NCBI GenBank assembly: GCA_963836075.1
Contig: CAWIIB010000001.1
Span: 768,001 to 832,000 of the forward strand
Length of the DNA: 64,000 nucleotides
Reading direction: 5' to 3'
Source: an uncultured Acidobacteriota bacterium
GTDB lineage: Bacteria; Acidobacteriota; JAQAZP01
Below are positions 9,224 through 23,285 of the stretch, piece after piece (the first letter of the stretch is position 1; the number at the start of each line of letters is the position of its first letter). The translations under genes and the position numbers were made by a program. Under the pieces are notes generated by a model. That model saw only the letters and a program-made list of their open reading frames with translations. It had not been told where the DNA came from and ran no database searches.

Positions 9224-10507
9224 TCAGAACATGCCGCTGGTCAAATTCCAGGTGATGTGGTCAGCAGGGATGGCGACCAGCAGGGACCGTTTGAAGGCTC
9301 CATCCTGGTATACATAGCACCGCACCTCGTGCTGGTCGTCAGCCGCCACATAGATCTCCAGTTGCCCGTCCCCGTCGAGGTCGGTGAGATAGGTGGTGTG
9401 CTCGAATCCGGAAGAGTCGGCGTCCACCTGTTCGGCGGTGAAACCGCCGTCTTCACCCTGCCAGAAGACCCAGAGGCCCGACTTCATCGCCGCGGCCACC
9501 AGGTCGGACCGACCGTCACCATTGACGTCGCCGGCGCAAAGAAACCGGCACTGGCGGTCCTGCAGTGACGCCACCACCTCGGAAGTGATCTCCCCGTTGT
9601 CGGCAAAATGGTAGCGCTTGATCTGCACCGGCACCACCACCGCCGCATCCTTGCCCTTCTTCTCGGTTTCGGCCTCCATCACGCTGAACAGCTCGGAGAT
9701 GCCGTCACCGTCCATGTCGGCAGCCAGGATCTCCTTGGCGTGGCTCCCCTCGAACTCGTCCACCACGGTCTGCTGGAACCCGGTTCCGTCCCACTTGTAC
9801 ATGTGCACGTGACCCGGCTGGGAGTGGCCCGACGCCCGGTTCGGCTCCGAGGGGGTGGTGAAGAATTCGTTCAGGCCGTCCCCGTCCACATCGCCGATCT
9901 CCACCTCGTGGACAAAGGTGGAGGGGGTGCGGCTCATCTCCTCGATCTTCCAGCCGCCATCGGAACGCATGGCCACGGCAATCACCCCCTGGTCGTGGGT
10001 GGCGATGACCATCTCGTCCACGCCATCGCCGGTCACGTCACCGATTTCGATATCCCGCAGACGGTCCCACTTGCCGCCGAAAACCGGGTTCCAGAGCATG
10101 GTCTCCTGCCACCCGGCCCCGGCGGTGTAGCGCCAGATCTTCAGCGCCGCCTGGTTGGCGCCGATGGTCAGGATCCCCGGCTGCTCCCCTTCCAGCTGGT
10201 AGGGCAGGGCTTTGTGGAAGACGTTGCTCATCGGGTCTTCCAGCACCACTTCCTCCCAGCCGGCATCCGTCTTGCGGATGATCACCAGCTTGGCCGGACC
10301 CGGTTTCGGGCTGCTCTTGCCGTCCGGCCCCACCTCGTCGACGAACTGCGCCTGGGTCATCAGCAGTGCGGGCCATGGTCCGCCGGTGAGGCTCTCCCGG
10401 ACCACCTGCCGCTCTGCCGGGGTCGCCACCTGAGGTTCTCCGCCACAGCCGATAAAAAGGCCGGCGGTCAAGACCAGCAGACATGCCAGAACAGATACAC
10501 GTTTCAT
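9224..10507 (-). CDS. FG-GAP/VCBS repeat lipoprotein
   Basis: Lipobox-like LFIG-C; repeated GDVTGDG, GDVDGDG, ADMDGDG, GDVNGDG and TDLDGDG loops. Confidence 0.85.
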   Translation of the reverse strand: MKRVSVLACLLVLTAGLFIGCGGEPQVATPAERQVVRESLTGGPWPALLMTQAQFVDEVGPDGKSSPKPGPAKLVIIRKTDAGWEEVVLEDPMSNVFHKALPYQLEGEQPGILTIGANQAALKIWRYTAGAGWQETMLWNPVFGGKWDRLRDIEIGDVTGDGVDEMVIATHDQGVIAVAMRSDGGWKIEEMSRTPSTFVHEVEIGDVDGDGLNEFFTTPSEPNRASGHSQPGHVHMYKWDGTGFQQTVVDEFEGSHAKEILAADMDGDGISELFSVMEAETEKKGKDAAVVVPVQIKRYHFADNGEITSEVVASLQDRQCRFLCAGDVNGDGRSDLVAAAMKSGLWVFWQGEDGGFTAEQVDADSSGFEHTTYLTDLDGDGQLEIYVAADDQHEVRCYVYQDGAFKRSLLVAIPADHITWNLTSGMF

Positions 10508-10663
10508 CGCTTCGCACCTCATCGTTATTTTACGGATTTACCGTCCCTTCGATCATCGAAAACGGCGAACTGCCCTGCCGGTGGCCGGCGGTCCGCCAGC
10601 AAAGGCCAAATATATACCACGCCGGGCGACGATTGTTAACCCATAACCAGACAGCACCAATCC

Positions 10664-10691
10664 TTGACATTCCTTGCCGCCGACCTAGAAT
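10664..10691 (+). promoter_or_regulatory. Sigma70-type promoter
   Basis: TTGACA-N16-TAGAAT just upstream of the CDS at 10717. Confidence 0.6.
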
Positions 10692-10716
10692 AAAATCAAC
10701 CGAGAGGACTTGAGCA

Positions 10717-11679
10717 ATGCCCACGGGGAGCCCGCTGGACCAGCCACGCACTCTGACCAACCAGCACAAGCGGCTGGATGTGTTCCGCTGCATCCACGAT
10801 GCCCACCAGCGGTTCGACTCCCGGGTCTCGGTCTACCACGTGCTCAAGGCGCGGCAGTGCTACCCCGAAGGATGTGTCTACTTCCGCTGGCACTGCCAGA
10901 AACTGGAACGCGGCCAGGATTGCCCCAGGTCGTTCAACTACGTCGGCCGGCTGTGCAACGGCTGCACGCACTTCGTCGACGAGAAGATGAGCAACCACCT
11001 CGAACAGCTGCTTGACGAAAAGGAGAAACTACGGTTCCAGCGCCAGTTGGGGGACTATGAATTCTGGTTGGAGGGTCTCCGCGGCCGCGAGGTCACCTTT
11101 TACGGCGAGGCCTTCTCGGTGAAGCCGAAAGTGGTGCGCATCGTCCACCCCTCCGGCGCCACCGAGAACCGCCTGGACGGATTTCTGGCCGGCTTTCTCG
11201 ACGGCTATATCGGCTACACCCATTTCCAGGACCCGGTATACCTCGCGCTCGACCTGCCGCAGCAGCGGCGGCTGCGTCTGTCGGCCGGTGACACCTTCCA
11301 GTGCCAGGCCCGGCTGAACACCGACCGCGGCCGGTTGCTGTTGCGACGGCCGCGAGGCTTCGAGTTCGACACCCGGGCCCACGGGCAGACCATGAACGAG
11401 GGGGAAGCGCGGGTGGCCGTGCGCACCGCCCGCTATCGCCGCCTGCAACCGGAGAAATGCTTCGCCTGCCCCCACGGGGTGCTGGCCGACGTGCGGGACC
11501 GCAGCGGCCCGCGGGAGAAAAACTACCGGCGGATGGCCTGCCTGCGGGGGGTGGAATCACCCCTGGAATGCGTCATCCCGACCCTGGAATCGATCGAAAA
11601 CGAAGTCTGCCTCGAACACCTGGAGGCCGGGCGATCCGGCACCCCGGGACGAAACGGAGGTGGCCAGTGGTCCAGATGA
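10717..11679 (+). CDS. Cys-rich hypothetical protein (likely metal-binding)
   Basis: 320-aa ORF with promoter and RBS; motifs CYPEGC, CNGC, CFACPHG; ATGA overlap with the next gene. Confidence 0.7.
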   Translation: MPTGSPLDQPRTLTNQHKRLDVFRCIHDAHQRFDSRVSVYHVLKARQCYPEGCVYFRWHCQKLERGQDCPRSFNYVGRLCNGCTHFVDEKMSNHLEQLLDEKEKLRFQRQLGDYEFWLEGLRGREVTFYGEAFSVKPKVVRIVHPSGATENRLDGFLAGFLDGYIGYTHFQDPVYLALDLPQQRRLRLSAGDTFQCQARLNTDRGRLLLRRPRGFEFDTRAHGQTMNEGEARVAVRTARYRRLQPEKCFACPHGVLADVRDRSGPREKNYRRMACLRGVESPLECVIPTLESIENEVCLEHLEAGRSGTPGRNGGGQWSR

Positions 11680-12749
11680 ACTCCGGCCCGGCGACCCAGA
11701 TCATCAGCACCCTGGGGCCGTCCCTGGCCAACCAGCAGACCCTTCGCTCGGTGATCCGCGCCGGATCGCTGATCTTCCGTCAGAACATTTTCTACGAGAG
11801 CACCGAAGAGATCGCTCTGCGGGCCGATGCCCTGCGTGAGGCGGGGCGCGCGGAGGGCTGTCCGGTGGAGTTGATGATGGATTTCAGCGGCGGCCGGCCC
11901 CGCATGGGTGATTTTGAGAAACCGGTGAACCTGCGTCCCGGTGAAACGCTCGCCTTTGCCCGGGTGGACAGCCACTCCCCCGCCGGCAGTGAATCGACCA
12001 TCCCGCTGCGCATCGACCAGGAAACCTGGGAAGCGATCAACGAGGGAGAGCGGGTGATCATCGCCGACGGGCGGATCCTGCTGCGCATTCTCTCCAGGGA
12101 ACCGGGGTTGATCCGCTGCCGCATCGACCGGGCAGCCGCGCCGCTGCGGCCGTTTCGCGGGGTGAACCTCCCGGACACCGCCACGGCCTTTCCCCCGCTG
12201 ACCCCCGAGGAGATCGCCCGTCTGGAAGAGCTGGCCCGGGTGGGGTTCGACTATTTCTCCCTCTCCTTCGCCAGCAAGGCAGAACACCTGCACCAGATCC
12301 GTTCCTTGCTGGAGAGCCTCTGTCCCGAAAAGTCGATCCGCATCCTGGCCAAGATCGAAGACCGGCGGGGGATAGCCAACCTGGACCAGTTGATCGAGGC
12401 TTCCGACGGAATCCTGGTGGGACGCGGCGACCTGGCGGTGCAGACATCCTTTGCCGAACTGCCCGAACTGCAGGAGGAGATCTTGCTTCGCTGCCGGAGG
12501 AAGAAAGCCTGGGTAGCGGTGGCCACCCAGTTCATGGAAACCATGATGCGCAGCCCGATCCCCAACCGCGCCGAAGTGATGGACGTGGCCCTGGCGGTGC
12601 GCCAGGGGGCCTCGGCGATCCTGCTCTCCGGCGAGACCGCCCGGGGCCGCTACCCGGTGGAAACGGTGGCCATGGTGCAGGAGGTTGCCCAGCGGGCCGC
12701 GGAGCGGGAGAGGACCGCCCCCCGGGACCGCGGCCTCCGTCAGGACTGA
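11676..12749 (+). CDS. pyk: Pyruvate kinase-like protein (short, lacking the C-terminal domain)
   Basis: IISTLGP, GVNLP, AKIE, GRGDL, ATQ, RAEVMDV, LSGETARGRYP; ends about 30 aa after that motif. Confidence 0.8.
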   Translation: MNSGPATQIISTLGPSLANQQTLRSVIRAGSLIFRQNIFYESTEEIALRADALREAGRAEGCPVELMMDFSGGRPRMGDFEKPVNLRPGETLAFARVDSHSPAGSESTIPLRIDQETWEAINEGERVIIADGRILLRILSREPGLIRCRIDRAAAPLRPFRGVNLPDTATAFPPLTPEEIARLEELARVGFDYFSLSFASKAEHLHQIRSLLESLCPEKSIRILAKIEDRRGIANLDQLIEASDGILVGRGDLAVQTSFAELPELQEEILLRCRRKKAWVAVATQFMETMMRSPIPNRAEVMDVALAVRQGASAILLSGETARGRYPVETVAMVQEVAQRAAERERTAPRDRGLRQD

Positions 12750-13207
12750 ACCTGGTTCGGCGACACCGACCAGGACATCTGCCAACCCGCCTTTTTCGCT
12801 TTCTCCAGGCAGGCCACGGTGCCGGTGGTGAAAATCACCGGCTGCTGGCCCGGTTCCAGCTCCACCAGGCGGTAGAGCAGGTTGCCCAGGAAGGGCAAGT
12901 GGCTCACCAGCAACAGGTCGCACTTGTAGCGCGGGATTTCGCGGGCCGCAGCCTCGCAGGGATCCAGCGGGTCCATTCCGGACATCGACTCGGGGACGCA
13001 GTCCGGGGCGATGGCCCGGCCGAGGATCTCCGCCGTTTCCGCCGCCCGGGGTTTGCCGCTGTGAAAGATCCGCTCCACCGTGGCGCCCTTGTCCTTGAGG
13101 ATTTCCGCGATCTTCGCCACTTCGGCACGGCCCTCGTCACTGAGCGGGCAGCTGGGGTCGGTCTGTTTGTCCACGGCGTGGCCGTGACGGGCCAGTAACA
13201 GTCTCAT
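12740..13207 (-). CDS. sixA: Phosphohistidine phosphatase SixA
   Basis: RHG motif, HSGKPRAAETA, LVSHLP. Confidence 0.85.
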   Translation of the reverse strand: MRLLLARHGHAVDKQTDPSCPLSDEGRAEVAKIAEILKDKGATVERIFHSGKPRAAETAEILGRAIAPDCVPESMSGMDPLDPCEAAAREIPRYKCDLLLVSHLPFLGNLLYRLVELEPGQQPVIFTTGTVACLEKAKKAGWQMSWSVSPNQVQS

Positions 13208-13359
13208 GGTCGTCATCTCCTTGTAATCAGTCCTGGGGCGCCGGGCGCCGCGTGCAAGCGCCCATTCTACGACCACCCGTCCGGCAAGACAATAGCCGGC
13301 AAAACCGTTATAATTCCGGATTCCTTTTCAGCCCGCAATCTGAGTCGATGGAGAACGAG

Positions 13360-15368
13360 ATGGACAACCCGGACCGCCGCCAACGAAAATCGGGCCTGAG
13401 CCCCCTGGCTTACGAGAGGGTGCCAAAGGGTCAGAAATACGAGCCATACATCCCGGTGAACTCGATCATGGCCGAGTTCACCATCAGCGCCTGTGTCCTT
13501 GGCGGGCTGTTCGGCATCATCTTTGGTGCGGCCAACGCCTACCTCGGCCTCAAGGTGGGCCTGACCATCTCCACCTCGGTGCCCATCGCGGTGATCACCG
13601 TGGCGGTCTACAAGGCGATCGAAAAGCTGATCCGTAAGAAAGCCACCATCCTCGAAGCCAACATCGCCAAGACCGCCGGATCGGCCTCCTCTTCGCTGGC
13701 TTCGGGCATCATTTTCACCATCCCGGCCCTCTATCTCTGGGGCCAGGGAGCCCAGCTGCTCCAGGTCACCGCCCTGGCCCTTTGCGGCGGGACCCTCGGG
13801 GTGCTGTTCATGATCCCGCTGCGCCGCTTCCTCATCGTGGAAGAGCACGGCAACCTGCCCTACCCCGAAGGTACGGCCGGCGCCGAGGTGCTGGTGGCTG
13901 CCGAGGAGGGCGGCTCGGCGGCCAAGCAGGTGTTCTACGGCATGGGCTTCGCCGCACTGTTCAAACTTGGCATGGCGGCGTTCAAACTCTGGAAGGACGA
14001 GATCGAGTTCAAGATCCCGCTGCTGAAGAAGGGTGTGATCGGCGTCGATCTCACCCCCGCCCTGCTGGGCGTGGGCTACATCCTCGGCTACCGGGTGGCG
14101 GCGATCATGGTGGCCGGCGGCCTGCTGGCCTGGCTGGGAATCATCCCGCTGATCGCTTTCCTCGGCGAATCGATCTCAATCCCGGTCTTTCCCGAAACGG
14201 CGAAGACCATCTCCCAGATGGACGCCCACGAGCTGTGGAACGGCTACATCCGGTATGTGGGAGCCGGCGCCGTGGCGTCTGCCGGGATCATCACCCTGAT
14301 CCGTTCCATCCCCACCATGATCCGCAGTTTCCGCATCGCGCTCAAACAGCTGAAAGCCGGAGCGCAGAAGGTTTCCGAAACCTGCCGCGCACCGACCGCG
14401 ACCTCTCGCTGCTCTGGGTGGTTCTGGGCGCGCTGGTGGTGGTGATCATCCTCGGCCTGACCCCCGACGTCTTCGGCGGTCAGCTGCCGCTGGCCGGCAA
14501 GTGGCTGGCCGCGGTGCTGGTGGCGGTGTTCGCCTTCTTCTTCGTCACCGTCAGTTCGCGGATCGTGGGGCTGGTGGGGGTCACCTCCAACCCCACGTCG
14601 GGGATGATCATCGCCACCCTCATCGGCACCTCCTCGATCTTCCTCCTCCTCGGCTGGACCGGCATGGAGGGCAAGATCGCCGCTTTGACCATCGGCACGG
14701 TGGTGGGTATCGCCGCCTCGGTGGCCGGTGACACCTCCCAGGACCTGAAGAGCGGCTTCCTGCTGGGGGCCACCCCCTGGCGTCAACAGGTGGCCGAGAT
14801 CCTGGGCGTGGCGGCCACCGCCGGGGTGATCGCCTGGACGGTGATGGTGCTGGCCCAGACCTACGGCTTCGAATACAGCGCGGCCACCCCCACGCCGCTG
14901 GCTGCCCCCCAGGCCAACATGATGAAACTGGTGATCGACGGTGTGCTGGACCAGTCGATCCCCTGGGGCCTGGTGCTCTTCGGGGTGGTGATCACCATCT
15001 TCTGTGAAGTGGTAAAGATCCCCTCCCTGCCCTTTGCCGTGGGCGTCTACCTGCCCCTCTCGGCCATGAGCCCGGTCTACATCGGCGGGGTGATCCGCAA
15101 GGTGATCGAAAAACGGTGCGGCGGAGACGAGAAAAAGATCCAGGAGCGCCGCGAGCGGGGCATCCTCTTCGGCTCGGGAATGGTGGGCGGAGACGGGATC
15201 ATCGGCGTGGCCATCGCCGCCTATGCGCTGTATACCAAGAAGAAGCCCGGGGGATTCGGTTCGGCCTGGGCCGGCGGCGACATCGGCCAGACCCTGTTGG
15301 CCCTGGTGCCCTATGTCCTGCTGATCATCCTGCTGATCCGGGCCACGCGGTTGAAGAAAGCCGCCTGA
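13360..15368 (+). CDS. OPT family oligopeptide transporter (one apparent frameshift near 14380)
   Basis: AYLGLKVG and LPYPEG in the first frame; SNPTSG, QDLKSG and APQA in the second frame. One missing A in GAAACC would join them. Confidence 0.85.
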
Positions 15369-15386
15369 GGGTTCGAGGAATTCCCC

Positions 15387-18854
<3,468 letters not shown>

Positions 18855-18867
18855 TGCGAGGAGAGCC

Positions 18868-19029
18868 ATGGACACCCATTGGGTCTGTGTCAACTGCGGC
18901 TACGTCTACCGTGTGGAAGAGGGGGACCCGTCCCAGGGAATCGAACCGGGTACGCCCTTCGAAGCGCTGCCCGACCAGTGGCGTTGCCCCATCTGCTACG
19001 TGGGCAAGGACGAGTTCGACCCGGAATAG
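18868..19029 (+). CDS. Rubredoxin
   Basis: 53 aa with CVNCGYVY...GDP..GI.PGT.FE.LP..W.CPIC; GAGGAG RBS. Confidence 0.92.
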   Translation: MDTHWVCVNCGYVYRVEEGDPSQGIEPGTPFEALPDQWRCPICYVGKDEFDPE

Positions 19030-19120
19030 CGGGACTCGGGAGCAGCCGGCTACTCGCATTGACAGGAGAGGGGGCTACACTCGGCTCCTCGCGATGACAA
19101 TCAGGGCTCTGCCCTGATTG

Positions 19121-19646
19121 TCACTTGTACTGCTTGTGGCAGCTCTTCTCCGCCGCGGCCAGGGCGGCCACTCCCCGGCGCACGGCCTCCAGGTCCCCGG
19201 CCCGCACCGCCGCGGTAAACTCGGCCGAGATCCGGCGAAAGGCCTCGATAGCTGCGGCCTCGCCCTTCTTCGGGTAGTGGGCCATCAGCTCGGCATCCTC
19301 GCCGAACAGCAGGGCCAGCTCCACATCGGGAACTCGTTCTTCCTTCAGCTGGGCCCGGATCTGCTTGAAGGTGGCGCTGATCCGCTTCTTGATGCTCTTG
19401 TAGGGCGGGATCCCGTCCGCCGGGACCTTTGCATCACCGGCCTCGTCGTACCTTCCACTGCAGCTTCAGCGACAGGCTCGCCGAACCATCCTTCGACTTG
19501 CCGCTGACCTTGAGCTTGATCTTTCCTTCCGGGACGGCACCCTGGTCACCAACTTCCAGCGACCCCTTCTCCAGTTGGTCAGCCAGCTGGCGCATCAGAC
19601 CGGCGGCCTCCGCCGGGGTCAGGGATGTGCTTTTCTTTGATTCCAC
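19121..19646 (-). CDS. Amphi-Trp plus XXXCH-domain protein (GAK-system type), apparent frameshift at about 19451
   Basis: N-terminal EAAGLMRQLADQLEKG...LSLKLQW. After removing one base the frame continues YKSIKKRISATFK...YP...KSCHKQYK. Confidence 0.7.
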
Positions 19647-19656
19647 CCAACGTCTC

Positions 19657-20426
19657 CTATGAACAGAACAGTTTCACTGCAAAAATAATAACCGCAGCCA
19701 CCAGGATGCGGTAGACCCAGACCTCTCCCTTTTTCACCTGCCAGCGGACGCCGGCCCAGCCGCCGATCATGGTTCCCGCGGCCAGGGTCAGCCCCCAGAC
19801 CCAGTGCACGCTGCCCAGGGTGGCAAAAATCGACAGGGCGATGACCTGGATCATCATGATGGTCATCACCTTGATGCCGTTGGAGCGGATCAACCCCAGG
19901 CCGCCGAAGCTGCTGAGCGCGGCAATGATCACAAAGCCCACACCGGCCTGAATAAACCCGGAATGAAACCCGACAAAGAAGAAACTGGCATACAGGGCCA
20001 GGGGGCGACGCTCCCCGCCAGTCCGGCAGGCGACGGTCCGGGACCGGGCGACCGGCGACGCCGGATGATGGAGACCAGCACCAGCAGCATCACGGCGCCC
20101 AGCACCCAGCGGAACAGCCGGTCGTCCACGTCCACGGCCACCAGGGCGCCCAGTGCGGCACCGGGCGCCGCGGCAAGCATCAATCGCAACCCCAGGCCGG
20201 CCTCCAGCAGCCCCTGCCTGCGGAAAGTGGACGTGGCCACCACGTTCTGCAGCAGGATGCCCACCCGGTTGGTGGCGTTGGCCGTGGCGGCGGGCAGACC
20301 GAGGAACAGCAGCACCGGCAGGGTGAGCAGCGACCCGCCACCGGCCACCACGTTGATGAACCCGGCCGCGAGGCCGGAAAAGAAAACCAACGCGGTGAGC
20401 GTCATGTCAGAGTTCAACAGGTCCAT
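19657..20426 (-). CDS. TSUP/TauE-SafE family membrane protein (apparent frameshift at about 20010-20060)
   Basis: AGFINVVAGGGSLLTLP and ANATNR in frame 1; GFHSGFIQAGVG continues in frame 2. Confidence 0.8.
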
Positions 20427-20543
20427 CCGGTCATGCTAGATCAACCACCGGGTGGTGACAAGCCGGAACAGCGGTGTCCGCATCCCGAAGGGCGGGTCCG
20501 GATGACGGCCGAGCACCTCAGGCAGGCGGAAGACACCTCGGCA

Positions 20544-22076
20544 TCAGGGATTCTCGCCCGGTTCCCAGGGGGAGATGATTGGTGCCGGGCCGAGGATGGC
20601 GGCGCTGAGATCGGGCAGGGGGCCCACCTGTCGCGGATCCCCCCCCTGAGGGGTGCCGGTCTGCCGCAGACACCGGAGCAGTTCCCCGGGGGACATGGGA
20701 ACTCCGGTCCGGGCCAGGTAGCAGCCCTGGAGCGCGCAGACGGCGCCGGCGGTCATGGCTCCGGCGCCTGACGTGCCGCCGAATCCGTCGGTGTAGGTGG
20801 CGTTGGGCCCACCGTTGTACAGCAGCCCGTACCCCGCGGTGACGATCCCGCTGCCGTGGGCGTGCAGGTCCACGCGGCTGCCATAGTTGGTCCAGCAGGC
20901 CGGCTTCCCGCTGCCGGGAACTCCAGCCCCCACCAGGATCGCCCCGGAATCACGAAGGTGACGGTGGAAGGCGCCCTGATAGCGCGGGTGGTCGAGGTCC
21001 ATGGAACCATTGCCGGCGATCTCCACGCAGAGGACCTGGTTGGCCGTGGTGGTGGAGATGGCGTCGAAGTTCGCCTGCCAGTATTCCAGGGGCAGATACT
21101 CGAACGACTGGCAGGAGCACTGGCAGGTCTCACCGGATTCCGGACCCGGGGCGTGGTATTCGATGAGCATCACGTCACCGGCGCGGAGCAGTGTTTTCAG
21201 CTCGATGATCGCGTCGGCGATCACCGGATACGGCGGCTCGGTTTCAAAGAGCGAGACGTGCAACTGGGCCTCCGGCGCCACCCCCATCACCCCGAACCCG
21301 TTGTGCATGCCGAGAATCTCGCCGAGCACGGCCGTGCCGTGGTCCAGCACCGTTTGTTTTCCGGCCCAGGTCTCCGGTTGGGGCAGGTCCTCGTGGTCCG
21401 GGTTGAGCCCCCGCTCCACCAGGCCGATCCGCACCCCCTCGCCCCGGCCACCGGGCCATTCCCAGGCAAAACAGGCATCCAGCCCCAGGGGAGCCGGTTC
21501 GAGATACTGCTGCAGGCCGGAAAAATCGGGGGTCCCGCTGCCGTTGCCCTCCCCGGCCGGGTCCTCAGGAACGGACAGGTGTATCGCCCCACGCTCGGCC
21601 AGCGGCTCGAAATAGGCCAGTTCCACCACCTCGAGACTGTTCAGGTCGTCCAGCAGCAGCGAGGGGTTGGCGCCGGGCACAGGTGTGAGGAGGAAGTAGA
21701 GGTTCAGGTCGGCCAGTTCCCGTCCGGAAAGCAGCTGTCCGGAGAGCCGGTCCTGGTCCAGCGCCCACTCGGACCGCGAAAAGAGGCTTCGGACCGCAGG
21801 GTGGCCATGATTCCCCAGCACCTGCTGCAGCCCCTGGAGCGGCGTCCCGTTGAGGCTCACCAGCTCGCCGTTCCGCAGGCGCACCCTGCTCCCCTCGGCG
21901 CACTTGAGAACCACCAGTTCCTGGTGCCGGCCCTCCCGCCACGGGCTGTGCAACGGTTTGGGCCTCACCAGGCGGGGAACCAGATCCTCCCCTGCCCCGG
22001 CAACGGCCGGAGCCACCGCGCAGACCACGGCCGTGAGCAGCGAGAGTATGAATGTTCCTCTACAGCAGGTGCGCAT
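20544..22076 (-). CDS. Secreted S8 (subtilase) family serine peptidase
   Basis: Signal peptide, prodomain, DHGTAVLG, AGNG, NYGSRVD, GGTSGA. Confidence 0.85.
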   Translation of the reverse strand: MRTCCRGTFILSLLTAVVCAVAPAVAGAGEDLVPRLVRPKPLHSPWREGRHQELVVLKCAEGSRVRLRNGELVSLNGTPLQGLQQVLGNHGHPAVRSLFSRSEWALDQDRLSGQLLSGRELADLNLYFLLTPVPGANPSLLLDDLNSLEVVELAYFEPLAERGAIHLSVPEDPAGEGNGSGTPDFSGLQQYLEPAPLGLDACFAWEWPGGRGEGVRIGLVERGLNPDHEDLPQPETWAGKQTVLDHGTAVLGEILGMHNGFGVMGVAPEAQLHVSLFETEPPYPVIADAIIELKTLLRAGDVMLIEYHAPGPESGETCQCSCQSFEYLPLEYWQANFDAISTTTANQVLCVEIAGNGSMDLDHPRYQGAFHRHLRDSGAILVGAGVPGSGKPACWTNYGSRVDLHAHGSGIVTAGYGLLYNGGPNATYTDGFGGTSGAGAMTAGAVCALQGCYLARTGVPMSPGELLRCLRQTGTPQGGDPRQVGPLPDLSAAILGPAPIISPWEPGENP

Positions 22077-22238
22077 CTCCAACCCCGCAAAGAAGGCCGA
22101 AAAAGCGTCGAGCCCCAAGAAACAACAACCAGGTTACATTCGGTCAGTGAGACTGTGCGGGATTGTCGCGGAAGATGACGGGCACCACCGGGACAACCGC
22201 TTCCTTAAAAATAAATATAGGTTTCCCAGGAGGTGCCG

Positions 22239-23285
22239 TCAATGGGAAAATAGCGGGGAAAGCTCTTCGGCCAGTTGCCGCGAGAAGACACGGGCGCCGG
22301 TCTCGGTGGGGTGGCACCACCAGTCGGCAAACTGCTCGTCCGCTCCGGCCCTCAGCCAGGGGCCGACCCAGCGGAGATCGTCCCGTGCGGAAATGGTCTT
22401 CTCCCAGAAAGTGCGGACCTGCCGGTTATACCCCCGTGACAAATTGTGGTTGAACAGGCTCAGCGGCTGGGGGGTGGCAAAGAGATAGAGCGGAATCCCC
22501 CTGGATGAGCAGAGTTCGGCCAGGCGGTCCAGCTGTACCGCCCGTTCCGGCAGGACGCCAAAGCTGGCGTTCCAGTAGGCGCTCTCCCGCCGCACGCGGC
22601 GGCCCAGGCTGCCCTGCACGAAGGGCACGTATCCCGACTCCTCCTCCAGGCGGGCCCATAAATCGCCCGGGGTGCGGAGGATCAGTCCCTCCTTGTCCCC
22701 GGTGGCCGGGTAGCGGAAACTGCCGCTCTGCAGCCCCTGACGCAGGTAGGCCAGGCGCGCCCGCGACGGCACGCGACCCTCGATCCAGTCCAGCCACGGA
22801 TCGAGACCGGCGCTCCTGCCCAGCGCGGCCACATCGGAAAAACGATAGAGCGAACGCACCTCGAACCCTCCGGCCAGCGGTTTCCGCGGCCCGAGGAAAA
22901 GCGGGACCACCGAGGCCAGGACCGCTTTGGGCGGCGGGTGGTGCCGCAGATACTCGTCGAGAATGATCACCAGGGTCTCCACCGGGCAACCGTTGATCGC
23001 CAGGTTGACGCAGTGCAGGTCACCGCCCCAGACATCCTCCATCTCCCGGGGCGCCAGCCCGTGCACCACCCGGCTGGCCCCCAGCAACAGCACGTCGGCG
23101 TCAGGCGCCACGCGGCCCAGCTGTTCCATCTTCCAGCGCAGGACGCACTCCTCATAGCCCAGCAGCTTTTCGTTGCTCAGCCAGAAAGCGGCCTCGCCGC
23201 CCAGCACCAGGACCAGGGCCAGGGCCAGGGCTATCCAGCGGCCCTGGGCCGGATCAGAACTGGAAGTAGATGAACGGTTGGGCAT
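22239..23285 (-). CDS. Membrane-anchored SGNH-like partner of the MBOAT (AlgJ/DltD-like)
   Basis: N-terminal TM; LGASR, NLAING, DxxxH-like FADWWCH; overlaps the MBOAT gene. Confidence 0.65.
   Translation of the reverse strand: MPNRSSTSSSDPAQGRWIALALALVLVLGGEAAFWLSNEKLLGYEECVLRWKMEQLGRVAPDADVLLLGASRVVHGLAPREMEDVWGGDLHCVNLAINGCPVETLVIILDEYLRHHPPPKAVLASVVPLFLGPRKPLAGGFEVRSLYRFSDVAALGRSAGLDPWLDWIEGRVPSRARLAYLRQGLQSGSFRYPATGDKEGLILRTPGDLWARLEEESGYVPFVQGSLGRRVRRESAYWNASFGVLPERAVQLDRLAELCSSRGIPLYLFATPQPLSLFNHNLSRGYNRQVRTFWEKTISARDDLRWVGPWLRAGADEQFADWWCHPTETGARVFSRQLAEELSPLFSH

Noticed and set aside
19434-19436. TGA after the amphi-Trp domain as possible selenocysteine or readthrough
   Set aside because: The downstream XXXCH domain is in a different frame, so an indel explains it.
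20544-20700. PYNQPP domain on the S8 protease
   Set aside because: The protein ends just after the catalytic domain, and I did not see the motif in the downstream frames.
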